Shown: positions 8,347 to 18,664, numbered from the stretch's first letter. The stretch: DNA of 48,853 bases from a bacterium (GCA_030655095.1 JAURWF010000062.1:1-48853), one strand, 5' to 3'. Program-made: numbers and translations. The notes: generated by a model not told the origin, from the sequence alone.

Positions 8347-9417
8347 TTACAGACTTCTTGCTAAAATTTTTATTATTTTATCAGAAATATCTTTATCTTG
8401 ATAATCAAGAGGTATGTTTCCGATTTTTAAATTAAGTATCATTTTAAAAGCATTATATATTGCAAGACTCTCTGTTCCGCTTAATATCATTGAATTATTT
8501 TCTAAAAGTTCAGGCCTTTCCGTAGATGTCCTTATTAAAACGGAAGGAATTTGTAAAAGCGAGCATTCTTCGGGAACTGTGCCACTATCAGTTAAAACAA
8601 TTTTTGTATTTTCCATTAATGTTATGAATTCTTTAAAGCCGAAAGGATCGCATTTAATAATATTTTTTTCTAAATTTATATTAAATTTTTTTAACATTAC
8701 ATCTAATTTAGGGTGTACACTTAATAAAATTATATATTCTTCTGAGATTTTATTTAACGCGTTACATATTTTTTGTAGAGATATTTTATTAGTAATATTT
8801 TCTGTACGATGTAATGTAGCTAAAATATATTTTTTATTTTTTACTTTATATTTTTTAAGTATTTTTTCGCTATTAATATTATTGCTATATTTATATAATA
8901 CCTCGGTGATTGGATTTCCTATAACAATAATCTTATTTGGTGGATAATTTTCTATCAATAATTGTTCTCTGCTTCTTTGAGTATAAGCTAATAAATATTC
9001 ACTGCATGAGTCAATAATTCTTCTATTTACTTCTTCTGGAACATTATCATCATAACATCTATTCCCAGCTTCCATATGAAACACGGGAATATGCATTTGC
9101 TTACAAATATAAGAGGCAAGCCCTGAATTTGTATCTCCTAAAATTAATGCTCGATCAGGTTTTTCTTTAATTAATACATGTTCAATATTAATAAGCATTT
9201 TGCTTATAAAATTAAAACCGGTTGTTTTTTCTTTTAAATTAAATTGGTAATTAGGCAATCTTAAGCCTAGGTCATTAAAGAAATTCTCTCTTAAGTTGAT
9301 GTCAAAATTTTGGCCTGTATGTACAAAAATATGATCAAAATAAATATCAAGTTTTTTGATAATTTCGCTTAATCTAATCAATTCTGGTCTAGTGCCTACT
9401 ATTGTAAGAATTTTCAT
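8347..9417 (-). CDS. UDP-N-acetylglucosamine 2-epimerase (WecB/FnlC-like, non-hydrolysing)
   Basis: KILTIVGTRPELIRLSE, HMEAGNR and LTDSGTVPEE motifs. Confidence 0.8.
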   Translation of the reverse strand: MKILTIVGTRPELIRLSEIIKKLDIYFDHIFVHTGQNFDINLRENFFNDLGLRLPNYQFNLKEKTTGFNFISKMLINIEHVLIKEKPDRALILGDTNSGLASYICKQMHIPVFHMEAGNRCYDDNVPEEVNRRIIDSCSEYLLAYTQRSREQLLIENYPPNKIIVIGNPITEVLYKYSNNINSEKILKKYKVKNKKYILATLHRTENITNKISLQKICNALNKISEEYIILLSVHPKLDVMLKKFNINLEKNIIKCDPFGFKEFITLMENTKIVLTDSGTVPEECSLLQIPSVLIRTSTERPELLENNSMILSGTESLAIYNAFKMILNLKIGNIPLDYQDKDISDKIIKILARSL

Positions 9418-9426
9418 ATAGAGTAA

Positions 9427-10611
9427 TTATACTTGATTTATAATATTTTGCAATAATCCAGCATTTTTAATAACATTATGATTTTTATAAAAAAGTTTTG
9501 TGGCGTTTTTAATTAATGTTTTAGAGTATTGAATATCAAGTAACAATTTTTTAATGCTTTTTTGTAATAATTCAATGTTTTCCTCTTCAACAACATGAGC
9601 AAAATTATATTGATGAGCGTATTGGCTAATATAAGCATAATCAGGTGCATGAATTAATATTGGTCTCCCAGTAATTAAATAATCAGTCAGCTTTCCTGGG
9701 CTTGCCGTTTTAATTATATCAGGAGCAGAAGTGTCCCATGATAAAGGTAAAAATAAAATATCAGCCTTGCTTTGAATTTGTGGCATTTCTTCTTGAGGAG
9801 CGCTTTTAAATTCAATTTTTTTGTGCGATTTAAATTCTTCAATAAAATCGTTCGGAGGGCTTGGCACATATAACGCAAATTTTACATCAATGTCATTTAT
9901 TTTATCTATTGCTTTAATTAAATTTCTAATACTTTGTTTTTGAGGCCAATATATGTGACCAGTAAATAATATAGTATATGGTGGTAATGGGCTGTAATTA
10001 GTTTGGTATTGTTCATAAGACGTGTTAAATGCAGAATTATGGATTACTTTAATTGAAATTTTATTTTTGTATTGTTCTATATAATATTTTTTTGTTCCTT
10101 CGTTAGTTACGATTATTTGAGAAGCAGATTTAAATAAAATTGGCTCAAAAAAAATTGAAAACATTTTTCCTAGTCCAAAAAATTTATTTCCCCTATAAAG
10201 ATCAAATAAAAAGAGTATATATGGCTTTCTTGTTAATTTGGAAAGTATAAATGTTAGTAGAAAAGAAAATCCACCATCAGATATTCCCATTAAAATATCA
10301 ATTTTATTATTTTTAATTATTTTTTTTCCTTTTATTATGGCCAGTAATATTTTTAAAAATTTAAAGCCCATATTTTTTTTAGTAAAAGAAAAAACATTAT
10401 TAAAGAAAAAGTATTTGCAAGGCAATTTTGAGCCAGTATGTTTTGTATCTTTTGTAGTATTTATTTGATCAGTTAGAAAAAAATAGTCATTAGATTGAAT
10501 ATTAATAAATAAATTATATAAAAATTGAGGCCCTCCAATTGCGGGAGGCGCCCATTGTGATAAAAGAAGTAATTTTTTATTTAGTTTTAATAAATTCTTC
10601 ATATATTTCAA
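9427..10611 (-). CDS. Glycosyltransferase (GT-B fold, GT4-like)
   Basis: The C-terminal half (ILFTGHIYWPQK ... ADILFLPLS ... SPGKLTDYLITGRPILIHAP) resembles a GT-B nucleotide-sugar binding domain. The N-terminus is divergent. Confidence 0.55.
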   Translation of the reverse strand: MKYMKNLLKLNKKLLLLSQWAPPAIGGPQFLYNLFINIQSNDYFFLTDQINTTKDTKHTGSKLPCKYFFFNNVFSFTKKNMGFKFLKILLAIIKGKKIIKNNKIDILMGISDGGFSFLLTFILSKLTRKPYILFLFDLYRGNKFFGLGKMFSIFFEPILFKSASQIIVTNEGTKKYYIEQYKNKISIKVIHNSAFNTSYEQYQTNYSPLPPYTILFTGHIYWPQKQSIRNLIKAIDKINDIDVKFALYVPSPPNDFIEEFKSHKKIEFKSAPQEEMPQIQSKADILFLPLSWDTSAPDIIKTASPGKLTDYLITGRPILIHAPDYAYISQYAHQYNFAHVVEEENIELLQKSIKKLLLDIQYSKTLIKNATKLFYKNHNVIKNAGLLQNIINQV

Positions 10612-11820
10612 TAAATTTATATTTTAAATTATTGCTTTGAAATTTTAACGAAGTCTGATAAGCAGCTTTTCCCATTTTTTTTCTTAATTTTGAATTACTC
10701 AATAAAATATCTATTTTTTCAACTAATTGATTTAAATGGTCTGGGGATATGATAAAAGCTTCTTTATTATTTTTAATATACTCTGTGATGCCAATATTTT
10801 TAGTGCAAATAAAAGGTTTTCCTGCACTCATTGCCTCTAAACACGCCATAGAAAAACTATCGATAATACTAGGATGAACTAAAAAATCACAAATTGTATA
10901 ATATGACATAATTTCATGTGGAGCTACTTCACCAACGATGTAAACTTGATTTTTTAGTCTATTGTCTTTAATAATTTTTTTATAAAACTGTTCTAATTCT
11001 CCACGTCCTATAATTAAAAGAACAAACGAATCTTGATGTTTTTTTAATTTTGTAATAGCGTAAATTATTTGTTCAATTTTTTTTGCTTCTGTAAAAAACC
11101 CAACTGTTAAAATAACTTTTTTATTTTTAATAATATTTTTCCATTTTTCGGGGAGCTGTCCAACTTTTTTTTATTAATAATATTTGGTATAATTTCATAA
11201 TTTTTTATAGATAAGCCATTTTTTTGATATGAATTTAGAGAGATTTTTGATACAGCTAAAATCTTATCTGCTTTGTTTAAATTTTTAATAATAAGTCCCA
11301 TTATTTTCTCCCCCCATCCCAATTTATGATATTCATAAATTCCATGGATTGTAATAATTGATGGCACGTCTAACTGGCGTCCGATATATCCAGCTTCATC
11401 ACCAATATAACTTTCATGTCCATGGATTAAGAGGAAATTATATTTTTTATGTAATTTTTGAGCCAATTTTAATATTTTTTTTCTTATTAATAGTTTATTA
11501 ATATAAGCTACTGTTGATGATTTTAGAATTCCTAATTTGCGACAGATTAATAAAAAAAAAGAATATTGTCTTATATAATATATATTTACATTATCTTGTT
11601 GTTTTGATATTTGTTTTTTTATACTAAAACCAAAAAAACGTGGCACAATTATAATAAAATTATATTTTTTTTTCAATGCTTGAATTTGATTAACAACAAA
11701 AGCCCCTATAAAAGAATCACTATCGTAAGGGAAAAGTTCAGTAATTATTAATACGGTTGGTTTTAATGGATTATTTTGCATTTTTAAATATTTTAGACTT
11801 AAGTTGATTTTTGAGGGCAT
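10577..11820 (-). pseudogene. GT4 glycosyltransferase interrupted by one frameshift in an A8/T8 homopolymer
   Basis: The N-terminal part (ORF 11107..11820) runs through ...YEIIPNIINKKK. After the T8 run at 11165-11172 the family-typical sequence VGQLPEKWKNIIKNKKVILTVGFFTEAKK... continues in another frame. That frame joins the C-terminal ORF 10577..10909 (FVHPSIIDSFSMACLEAMSAGKPFI). Confidence 0.75.
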
Positions 11821-11859
11821 GAAAATTGGATTTTTTGATATATTAAATAAAATATAAAC

Positions 11860-14592
11860 TTAATCTTTTGTTATTTTAAGTAAAATTTTTTGTATAATTT
11901 TTCTTATTTTTTTAACAATATTTATAAGTTTTAATTTTTTTAAAAGGGTATATATTAATGTGTATGTTGAATTTGTAATATCTAAATTCTCACGACCGAT
12001 AATTTTTTTTAAAATCTTCTTCCTGATATAAATTTCCAATTTATATTTCCAATATAAATTATTATTTTTTGAAAAAGATTTTTTGTTATTTAAAGTTTGA
12101 ATATTAATATCTAAAATAACATTTTGAAGCAATCTGTGCCATTTTTTTAAAGAGTCTTGAATGGTTAATCCTTTTGTTAAAATTAGATCTCTTGGATAAA
12201 ATTTATTTTTTAATATTTTATCGATTCCTAATTTTAAATTATCTCCAAAAACTCCTAATTTAGATTTTTCGTTTTCCGAAAATTCTTTAAAAATTCCGAT
12301 ATTTGGCATAACTAATGGGACATTGCAAAAACAAGCTTCTAATGCGGCTAAACACTGCGTCTCTATTGGCGATCCAATTATAAAAAAATCAGCACAGTTT
12401 AGCAATTCAGATAATAATTTTTGAGTAATTCTATTATAAACTCTAACATTTTTTGCTTCATAGTAATCATTTTTGTGTTTAGATATTAATATCCAAGTAA
12501 TTTGAGGATATGTGTTTATACACTCTTTAATTTTTGACCACCCTTTGGTCTCCGTAAAACTGCCAACAAAAATACCAATTTTTTCATCTCCGAATTTATG
12601 TTTTGTTTTTATTTTATTTTTATCCATTGGTTTGAATAGACTATGATCAATTCCAATCGGAATAATTTCGCAATCGTAATCAGAATAAGCAAGGGCTGTT
12701 TGCATTGAATTTACAACTATTTTATTAGCTATTTTTAAATTAGCTTCTTGATGAATTGATGTTTTTCCCATAGATCTTAAATCGTCTTGCAAAAACATAA
12801 TTGCATATCGACTGCTATCAATAGTTTTGATAAAACTAGCATTTTGAATAATTATTTTAGTATCAACATGATTTTTATTGATATATTCCCTTGCTTTTTG
12901 TTCAAAATTTTTCTCTTCTTTTACTATTTTTTTATCAACACCATAAGCGCCTTGCAGATTTTCAATTAAATAATCCCATAAAACTTTTTCTCCCATTGTG
13001 CCTGTTGTCAAGTCATTACAAATAGCAATTTTTGTATTTTGGTTTTGAATGTTATTAACTTTTTTTTCATCTCGTTCCCCGCATTGGAAGTGATAAACCA
13101 TTGAATTAAATGAAGTTTGATGATTTATATTAATTGTTTTTAATTTTTGTATTAATACATTGTCGCCAGATATTATATTAGTTTCTCCCTTTTCGGCAAT
13201 TTGAGGATTGAAAATATTGCTATTTAATTTTATGTTTCCCTCAGGATAACCTCCTACATTTTCAAAATGCTCTTTTTTAATAAGAAGAGGCATAAATAAG
13301 CCGTTATTTTTTATGCTTTTTTCGCTAATTAATTGGGCATATTGCTGAAACTCAGCTTCTTTATAGGACGAGATATTTTTTCCAAAATTTTTTTCTATTC
13401 CATAATTACCAGCTGATAATTTGCCTGATTCTATTAATCTTGAAGCAATGCAATTGTAGCCGTTATAATTTGAGATTAAATTTTCAAACCAATTCGGGCT
13501 AAAAGCCATATCTGAATTAATAAAAACAATAAAGTCGCCTTTAGCTACTTTTGCTGCATAATTGTATGCTCTATAAACATTATTAATGTACCATTCTTGT
13601 TTTTGTTTATCGGTATTATTAAAAATATAATATGGAATATAGTTATTCTGTAAATAATTGATTACTTCAGGGCAAGCATCATTTGCTATAAAGTAAAATT
13701 CCTTATCATTAAGATTGGTATATTTTAAAATTTGTTCATAAACAAATTTAAGCCAATCAACACTTTTATAAATTAAACAAGCAATTGAATATTTAGGTCT
13801 AAAAACTTTTTCTTTATATTTTTCAACATAGGAAAGGGAGTTTAAAAAATTCATTTTTTGTGGTTTAATTTCATTTTCTTCCCATAAGGCTTTAGGAAAA
13901 AAATTTTGAGAAATCCGCTTTAACTCCAATTTTTCTTCACTTATGAGCCTGTCAAGCATATTATAGCCTCTTTGGCCATGTTTTTTATAAATTAAATATT
14001 TATAAGCTAAAGATTTTTTTGAAGCAAATCCATAATGGATTATTTCTATTTCATAATTTTTTATTATTTTTTTTATAGAGTGCGGATAAAGTCTTTTATG
14101 TAATCCTAATTCAGTTTTTCCGAAATTTAAATAAGGAGTAACTCGCCATAATCTAACAAACCAACCTTCGTTGTACAGACTATCTATTCTATGCCAAGTT
14201 TTACTTCTCCATAAATTTATCTCATGCAAGCTAATCCCGTCCATATTTTTATCAATACATTGTTGACATATTTTTTGTAATTGTTCTTCTGCATTAATAG
14301 TTAGAATTTCATCTGCATCAAGCCATAAAATAAAATTGGGATTCATTTTGAGAGCTTTTTCAAGCATTATATTTTTATGATTACCTTCATCTTCAAAGTT
14401 ATTTTGTGAATTACGAATAACATATTTTGTGTGTTTAAGCGCATATTCATAACTACCGTCAGTGCTGCCATCATCATAAATTACAATTGCATCAACAATT
14501 TGTTTTGTATATTCAAAAAAACGTTTTAAATTACCTTTTTCTATCTCATTATATATTTGACAAATACAAATAATAGAATATTGTTTATTCAT
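11860..14592 (-). CDS. Three-module glycosyltransferase (GT2 + GT2-like + GT1/GT4), candidate glycan polymerase
   Basis: 910 aa. Module 1: YSIICICQIYNE...YDDGSTDGS...WLDADE. Module 2: YSIACLIYKS...FINSDMAF. Module 3: IGIFVGSFTETKGW...GSPIETQCLAALEACFCNVPLVMPNIG. Confidence 0.7.
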   Translation of the reverse strand: MNKQYSIICICQIYNEIEKGNLKRFFEYTKQIVDAIVIYDDGSTDGSYEYALKHTKYVIRNSQNNFEDEGNHKNIMLEKALKMNPNFILWLDADEILTINAEEQLQKICQQCIDKNMDGISLHEINLWRSKTWHRIDSLYNEGWFVRLWRVTPYLNFGKTELGLHKRLYPHSIKKIIKNYEIEIIHYGFASKKSLAYKYLIYKKHGQRGYNMLDRLISEEKLELKRISQNFFPKALWEENEIKPQKMNFLNSLSYVEKYKEKVFRPKYSIACLIYKSVDWLKFVYEQILKYTNLNDKEFYFIANDACPEVINYLQNNYIPYYIFNNTDKQKQEWYINNVYRAYNYAAKVAKGDFIVFINSDMAFSPNWFENLISNYNGYNCIASRLIESGKLSAGNYGIEKNFGKNISSYKEAEFQQYAQLISEKSIKNNGLFMPLLIKKEHFENVGGYPEGNIKLNSNIFNPQIAEKGETNIISGDNVLIQKLKTININHQTSFNSMVYHFQCGERDEKKVNNIQNQNTKIAICNDLTTGTMGEKVLWDYLIENLQGAYGVDKKIVKEEKNFEQKAREYINKNHVDTKIIIQNASFIKTIDSSRYAIMFLQDDLRSMGKTSIHQEANLKIANKIVVNSMQTALAYSDYDCEIIPIGIDHSLFKPMDKNKIKTKHKFGDEKIGIFVGSFTETKGWSKIKECINTYPQITWILISKHKNDYYEAKNVRVYNRITQKLLSELLNCADFFIIGSPIETQCLAALEACFCNVPLVMPNIGIFKEFSENEKSKLGVFGDNLKLGIDKILKNKFYPRDLILTKGLTIQDSLKKWHRLLQNVILDINIQTLNNKKSFSKNNNLYWKYKLEIYIRKKILKKIIGRENLDITNSTYTLIYTLLKKLKLINIVKKIRKIIQKILLKITKD

Positions 14593-15436
14593 AATAAAAT
14601 AATTTTTTAGTTAATAAATTTATTTTATTTTTGGGAAAACAAATTATATTAACGTCTTGCATTTCAGAATTATCTTTTTTTAACTCTCGTAAATGTTGTT
14701 CATTTATAATAGCAAATTGTTTATATTCTAATTTTTCTAAAAAATAAAAACAATTTTTTGCATTATTTGCGTTAATCATTTTATCTAAAATATTTGAATA
14801 TTCATATTGAATAATTGGTTGAAGTTTTTTTATAGACTCTTTGCCTCCCAATAAAACATTATATTCTGATCCCTCTACATCTATTTTAAGAAAGTCAATT
14901 CTTTTAATCTGATTTTTAAAAAATTCATTATCAATTGTGGATGCTAAAACTATCTCTTCAGAAATTTTATGGATTGGAAACGAGATTAAACTGGATAATC
15001 CACGGTTTTCATTGCCATCTCCATCAATCGCTCTTCTTATATTAAACTTTGTTTGTATTGTCTGATTATTGTTTTGAATAGCAATTGGAAATATTTTAAT
15101 ATTATTTAAATTATTGATTTTAATATTTTTTTCAAATTGAATAAAATTTTCTGGATCCGGCTCAAACGCATATACAAAACCATTTGGAACATGATTCTTT
15201 GCAAATACCAAGCTTAATAATCCTACATTTGCTCCTACGTCAAAAATAACGCCATTTTTAGGAATCAAGTCATTTAAGTTATGCGTGATCCATTCTTCAT
15301 ATATCCCATTTTTTAAAATATGATAATCCAATGCAGAATTTGGAACTATTAAGTACTTAATCCCAAATTTACCTTTTTTTATTATTAATTTTTTTTTAAA
15401 ATATTTTTTAAAAAAATGTTTGACTTTATTCATCAT
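14585..15436 (-). CDS. FkbM-family SAM-dependent methyltransferase
   Basis: FDVGANVGLLSLVFA, YAFEPDPENF and DFLKIDVEGSEYNVLLG motifs. Confidence 0.8.
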   Translation of the reverse strand: MMNKVKHFFKKYFKKKLIIKKGKFGIKYLIVPNSALDYHILKNGIYEEWITHNLNDLIPKNGVIFDVGANVGLLSLVFAKNHVPNGFVYAFEPDPENFIQFEKNIKINNLNNIKIFPIAIQNNNQTIQTKFNIRRAIDGDGNENRGLSSLISFPIHKISEEIVLASTIDNEFFKNQIKRIDFLKIDVEGSEYNVLLGGKESIKKLQPIIQYEYSNILDKMINANNAKNCFYFLEKLEYKQFAIINEQHLRELKKDNSEMQDVNIICFPKNKINLLTKKLFYYE

Positions 15437-15453
15437 AAAAATATTTCAATTTA

Positions 15454-16029
15454 TCAAAAATATTTAGTTGTGATTATTTTTTTACGACATAATGTAAGCC
15501 CTGGATGAACTGGTATTGTCATCATTTCGTATTTATCCGTATATTTAGATAATTTTTCTATTGCTTTGTAACAATCTCCACAGTAGCCTTTTTGAGTATA
15601 AAATTTATTTTTAGGATAAGTATCGTGAAAAAGAATAATTCCTTGATTAGATATAAAAGGGAAATAATTTTGAAAATCATTTAAAACTGATTCTTTTGAA
15701 TGATTTGCGTCAATAAAAAGTAAATCAACTTTAATGGGATTTTTTTTTAAATACTGTGCATAAGTATTAGCGTCAGAGCAAATAAATTCTGTTTTGCTTA
15801 ATTTTTTTATATATTTTTCTGATTCGAGCGAAATATCAACGCCTATTAGTTTCTCCGCGAAAGGTATCATTTTATTGAATAATTCGCATTTATATAAACC
15901 TAGTTCTAAATATATTTTTGGACGAAGAAGACTGGCTAAATGTATAATAAAATTTTCATGCCAATTTTCTGCCACGCTTCGGTTGTCTTTAATTGATAAT
16001 GAGTTATATAATCTAGAGAAAATATCCAT
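15454..16029 (-). CDS. Class I SAM-dependent methyltransferase (Methyltransf_24-like)
   Basis: YLELGLYKCE, LIGVDI, LLFIDANHSKESVLNDF and ILFHD. Confidence 0.6.
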   Translation of the reverse strand: MDIFSRLYNSLSIKDNRSVAENWHENFIIHLASLLRPKIYLELGLYKCELFNKMIPFAEKLIGVDISLESEKYIKKLSKTEFICSDANTYAQYLKKNPIKVDLLFIDANHSKESVLNDFQNYFPFISNQGIILFHDTYPKNKFYTQKGYCGDCYKAIEKLSKYTDKYEMMTIPVHPGLTLCRKKIITTKYF

Positions 16030-16051
16030 AATTTAAAGATTTTTAAACATA

Positions 16052-17320
16052 CTATGATTTATATAGCCATTCACAGGGATAGATAATGCCATAATTTACA
16101 TTTAAGTCGTTTTGATTTATTGATTGTTGAATAGTAATATTTAATGCTTCAGGAATCCAGTCTGTAATTTCTTTTCCATTACATCCTAGCCCAATAATAT
16201 ATTGACCAGGTACTAAAAAATTATTATTAAATATAATTTTAAATATAATTTTACCTTTTTTATATGATTTAGGTAAATTATAATCTTTATTAAATGAATT
16301 AAATAAAGGATACCCTAATGATGAATTAATACTAAAGCCAACTAATAAGTTGTCAACGCTATTTTCTAAATAACCTTCTATAATTAAAGAAAATTTTTCT
16401 TTAAAATTAATTTGCGAGGATATTTTTCCATTAGAATTGATGATTGAGCAATGTGTAAATCTGAATAAACTATTTTCCGAAGAATTTTTCCTTAATTTAA
16501 AATCGCTTAAATCTATAAAACCTTCAGAATCTATGAATTGTTTTGATGTGTATGTAGATATTATTTTTTTAGTTTCTCCAATCATTATAATTTTTCCTCT
16601 CTGTAATAAAATACATTTTTTGCATAAATTTTGAATTGCTTCCATATTATGGCTGACAAACAAAATCGTCCTCCCGTCTTTGTTAGTAATCTCATTCATC
16701 TTCCCTAAACACTTTTTTTGAAACTCAGCGTCGCCGACAGCTAAAACTTCATCAATAATTAAAATATCAGGTTCCAAATGAGCTGCTACCGCAAAAGCCA
16801 AACGCACGCTCATTCCAGAAGAATAATATTTAACAGGAGTGTCTAAAAATTTTTCTACTCCTGAAAATTTTACTATATCATTAAATCTATCACTAATTTC
16901 TTTTTTTGTCATTCCCAAAATTGCTCCGTTTAAAAATATATTTTCTCGTCCTGTTAATTCGGGGTGAAATCCAGTGCCTACTTCTAATAAAGAAGCTACT
17001 TTGCCTCGCATTATTACTTCGCCAGTAGTTGGAGGAGTAATGCCAGTTAAAATTTTTAGCAAAGTTGATTTGCCTGCTCCATTAGCACCAATAATGCCGA
17101 CAGCTTCGCCTTTTTCAACAGTAAAATTAACATCTTTCAGCGCCCAAAATTCTTCTTTTGTTTCAAGCCCAACAATCTGTTTTGCTTTGTGTTTAGCAAA
17201 CTGAAAAGGATTTTTAAAAACATTTGTCAAAACATCGCGCAACGCGACATACCCGCCTTGTTGATGGGCGATGTTATATTTTTTACCTAAATTTTTTACT
17301 TCAATAATAGAGTTACGCAT
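16052..17320 (-). CDS. wzt: Polysaccharide/teichoic-acid ABC exporter ATPase with C-terminal extension (Wzt/TagH-like)
   Basis: Walker A GANGAGKST, signature YSSGMSVRLAFA and Walker B ILIIDEVL. About 170 further residues follow the nucleotide-binding domain. Confidence 0.85.
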   Translation of the reverse strand: MRNSIIEVKNLGKKYNIAHQQGGYVALRDVLTNVFKNPFQFAKHKAKQIVGLETKEEFWALKDVNFTVEKGEAVGIIGANGAGKSTLLKILTGITPPTTGEVIMRGKVASLLEVGTGFHPELTGRENIFLNGAILGMTKKEISDRFNDIVKFSGVEKFLDTPVKYYSSGMSVRLAFAVAAHLEPDILIIDEVLAVGDAEFQKKCLGKMNEITNKDGRTILFVSHNMEAIQNLCKKCILLQRGKIIMIGETKKIISTYTSKQFIDSEGFIDLSDFKLRKNSSENSLFRFTHCSIINSNGKISSQINFKEKFSLIIEGYLENSVDNLLVGFSINSSLGYPLFNSFNKDYNLPKSYKKGKIIFKIIFNNNFLVPGQYIIGLGCNGKEITDWIPEALNITIQQSINQNDLNVNYGIIYPCEWLYKS

Positions 17321-17335
17321 ACTAATATACGAATG

Positions 17336-17725
17336 TTACGAATTATACGGATCAATACGAATAATTCTTATGGGTTTTAGATATCTGTTTCGAAAATTAA
17401 CAAGTAAACCGAGTTTTATTTGGGTCTGCTGGAGATAATTCTGGATTTGGCGGTAATTTTCTTTTGTGAGCATTCTTGTATTTTTTAATTCCAATATTAT
17501 TTTATTTTCAACAATAAAATCTAAAATATTTCCTGAGTTTGAAATAGAAACCTCGCGTTTGTAAAGCATTTTCATTTCGTTAAATTTTTTCTCAATTAAA
17601 TCACCATATTGTTTTTCTCTTGCGTATTGTCCTAATTCGTTATGAACAGCAAAAAGTATTCCCGTAATAGTATAAGAAAGTTCGGGATATATAATTTTAT
17701 TTTTTGTATTTATATTCGTATCCAT
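17336..17725 (-). CDS. GxxExxY family protein (PD-(D/E)XK-like, PDDEXK_3)
   Basis: 129 aa. The sequence YPELSYTITGILFAVHNELGQYAREKQYGDLIE is typical of the GxxExxY family. Confidence 0.65.
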   Translation of the reverse strand: MDTNINTKNKIIYPELSYTITGILFAVHNELGQYAREKQYGDLIEKKFNEMKMLYKREVSISNSGNILDFIVENKIILELKNTRMLTKENYRQIQNYLQQTQIKLGLLVNFRNRYLKPIRIIRIDPYNS

Positions 17726-17762
17726 TAGTATATTAGTATAATTCGCATATTTGTATGTTTAT

Positions 17763-18578
17763 CTATATTATATCAGCAAAATATCTTTCTGTTTTTTTAA
17801 AATATATTACTCCAATTATAAAAAGAATTAAAGTAGTGATAAATGAAATTCCAAGAAGTTGCCAGTTGATTGGAGTATTGCCAAACATTGCTGCGTGCGC
17901 TGCTTTGATGACGCCTGTCATAGGGTTTAATGCTAATATCCATGAATATTTTCCAGCAATGCTGGCTGGATAAATTACTGGAGTAACAAACATTAATGTT
18001 TGAATAAAAAATGGCAGGATATAGCGGACATCGCGATATTTAACATTAACAGCAGCTAAGAAAAGCCCTCCGCCAACAGCGGCTAAAAAAGATATAAATA
18101 GTAATAATGGGAGAATTAATAATCCGATTAGATTGGGCGCATAGCCATAATAAATCATCATTCCGACTAAAATTATGGAAGCTATAAAAAAATCTACTAG
18201 TTTTGTAAGTACTGCTGATATTGGCAGGATTAGTCTAGGGAAATATACTTTAGTAATAATCGCTTGATTAGTAATTAAACAGTTGCTGGTTTCTGTTAAA
18301 GCTCCAGAAAAAAATTGCCAAATTAATAGTCCGACATAAACAAAAATAGGGTAGGGGATTCCATCAGATGGCATTTTCGCAAAATTACCAAAAAAGATTG
18401 AGAAAACAATCATTGTAGTGAAAGGTTGAAATAGTGCCCATGCAACACCAATAGCGGTTTGTTTATATCTAACTTTTAAATCACGCCAAGTAAAAAAATA
18501 CATAAGCTCGCGATATTGCCAGAGTTCTTTTATGTCACTCCAAGAAAATGTTTTTTTTGGACGAATTATTGTTTCCAT
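17763..18578 (-). CDS. wzm: ABC-2 type polysaccharide exporter permease (Wzm/TagG-like)
   Basis: 271 aa with about six hydrophobic helices. The N-terminal ELWQYRELMYFFTWRDLKVRYKQTAIGVAWALFQP is the ABC-2 signature region. Confidence 0.8.
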   Translation of the reverse strand: METIIRPKKTFSWSDIKELWQYRELMYFFTWRDLKVRYKQTAIGVAWALFQPFTTMIVFSIFFGNFAKMPSDGIPYPIFVYVGLLIWQFFSGALTETSNCLITNQAIITKVYFPRLILPISAVLTKLVDFFIASIILVGMMIYYGYAPNLIGLLILPLLLFISFLAAVGGGLFLAAVNVKYRDVRYILPFFIQTLMFVTPVIYPASIAGKYSWILALNPMTGVIKAAHAAMFGNTPINWQLLGISFITTLILFIIGVIYFKKTERYFADII

Positions 18579-18664
18579 AAAAATTCAGCTAAATTAAGAT
18601 CCATTTTGTCCAGTAATACCAGTTATAAGCGCTTTTTTTATTTTTTTCATATTTTTATTATTAA

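Noticed and set aside
8414-8947. 177-aa ORF antisense to the 2-epimerase gene, and similar shadow ORFs (2948-3169, 4015-4254, 6270-6479, 10238-10468, 12787-12969, 15794-16036, 16437-16634, 16974-17204, 17755-17973, 18516-18728)
   Set aside because: All lie inside or antisense to genes with clear family motifs. They encode low-complexity Ile/Phe/Leu/Lys-rich peptides typical of AT-rich antisense frames, and no recognisable domains were seen.
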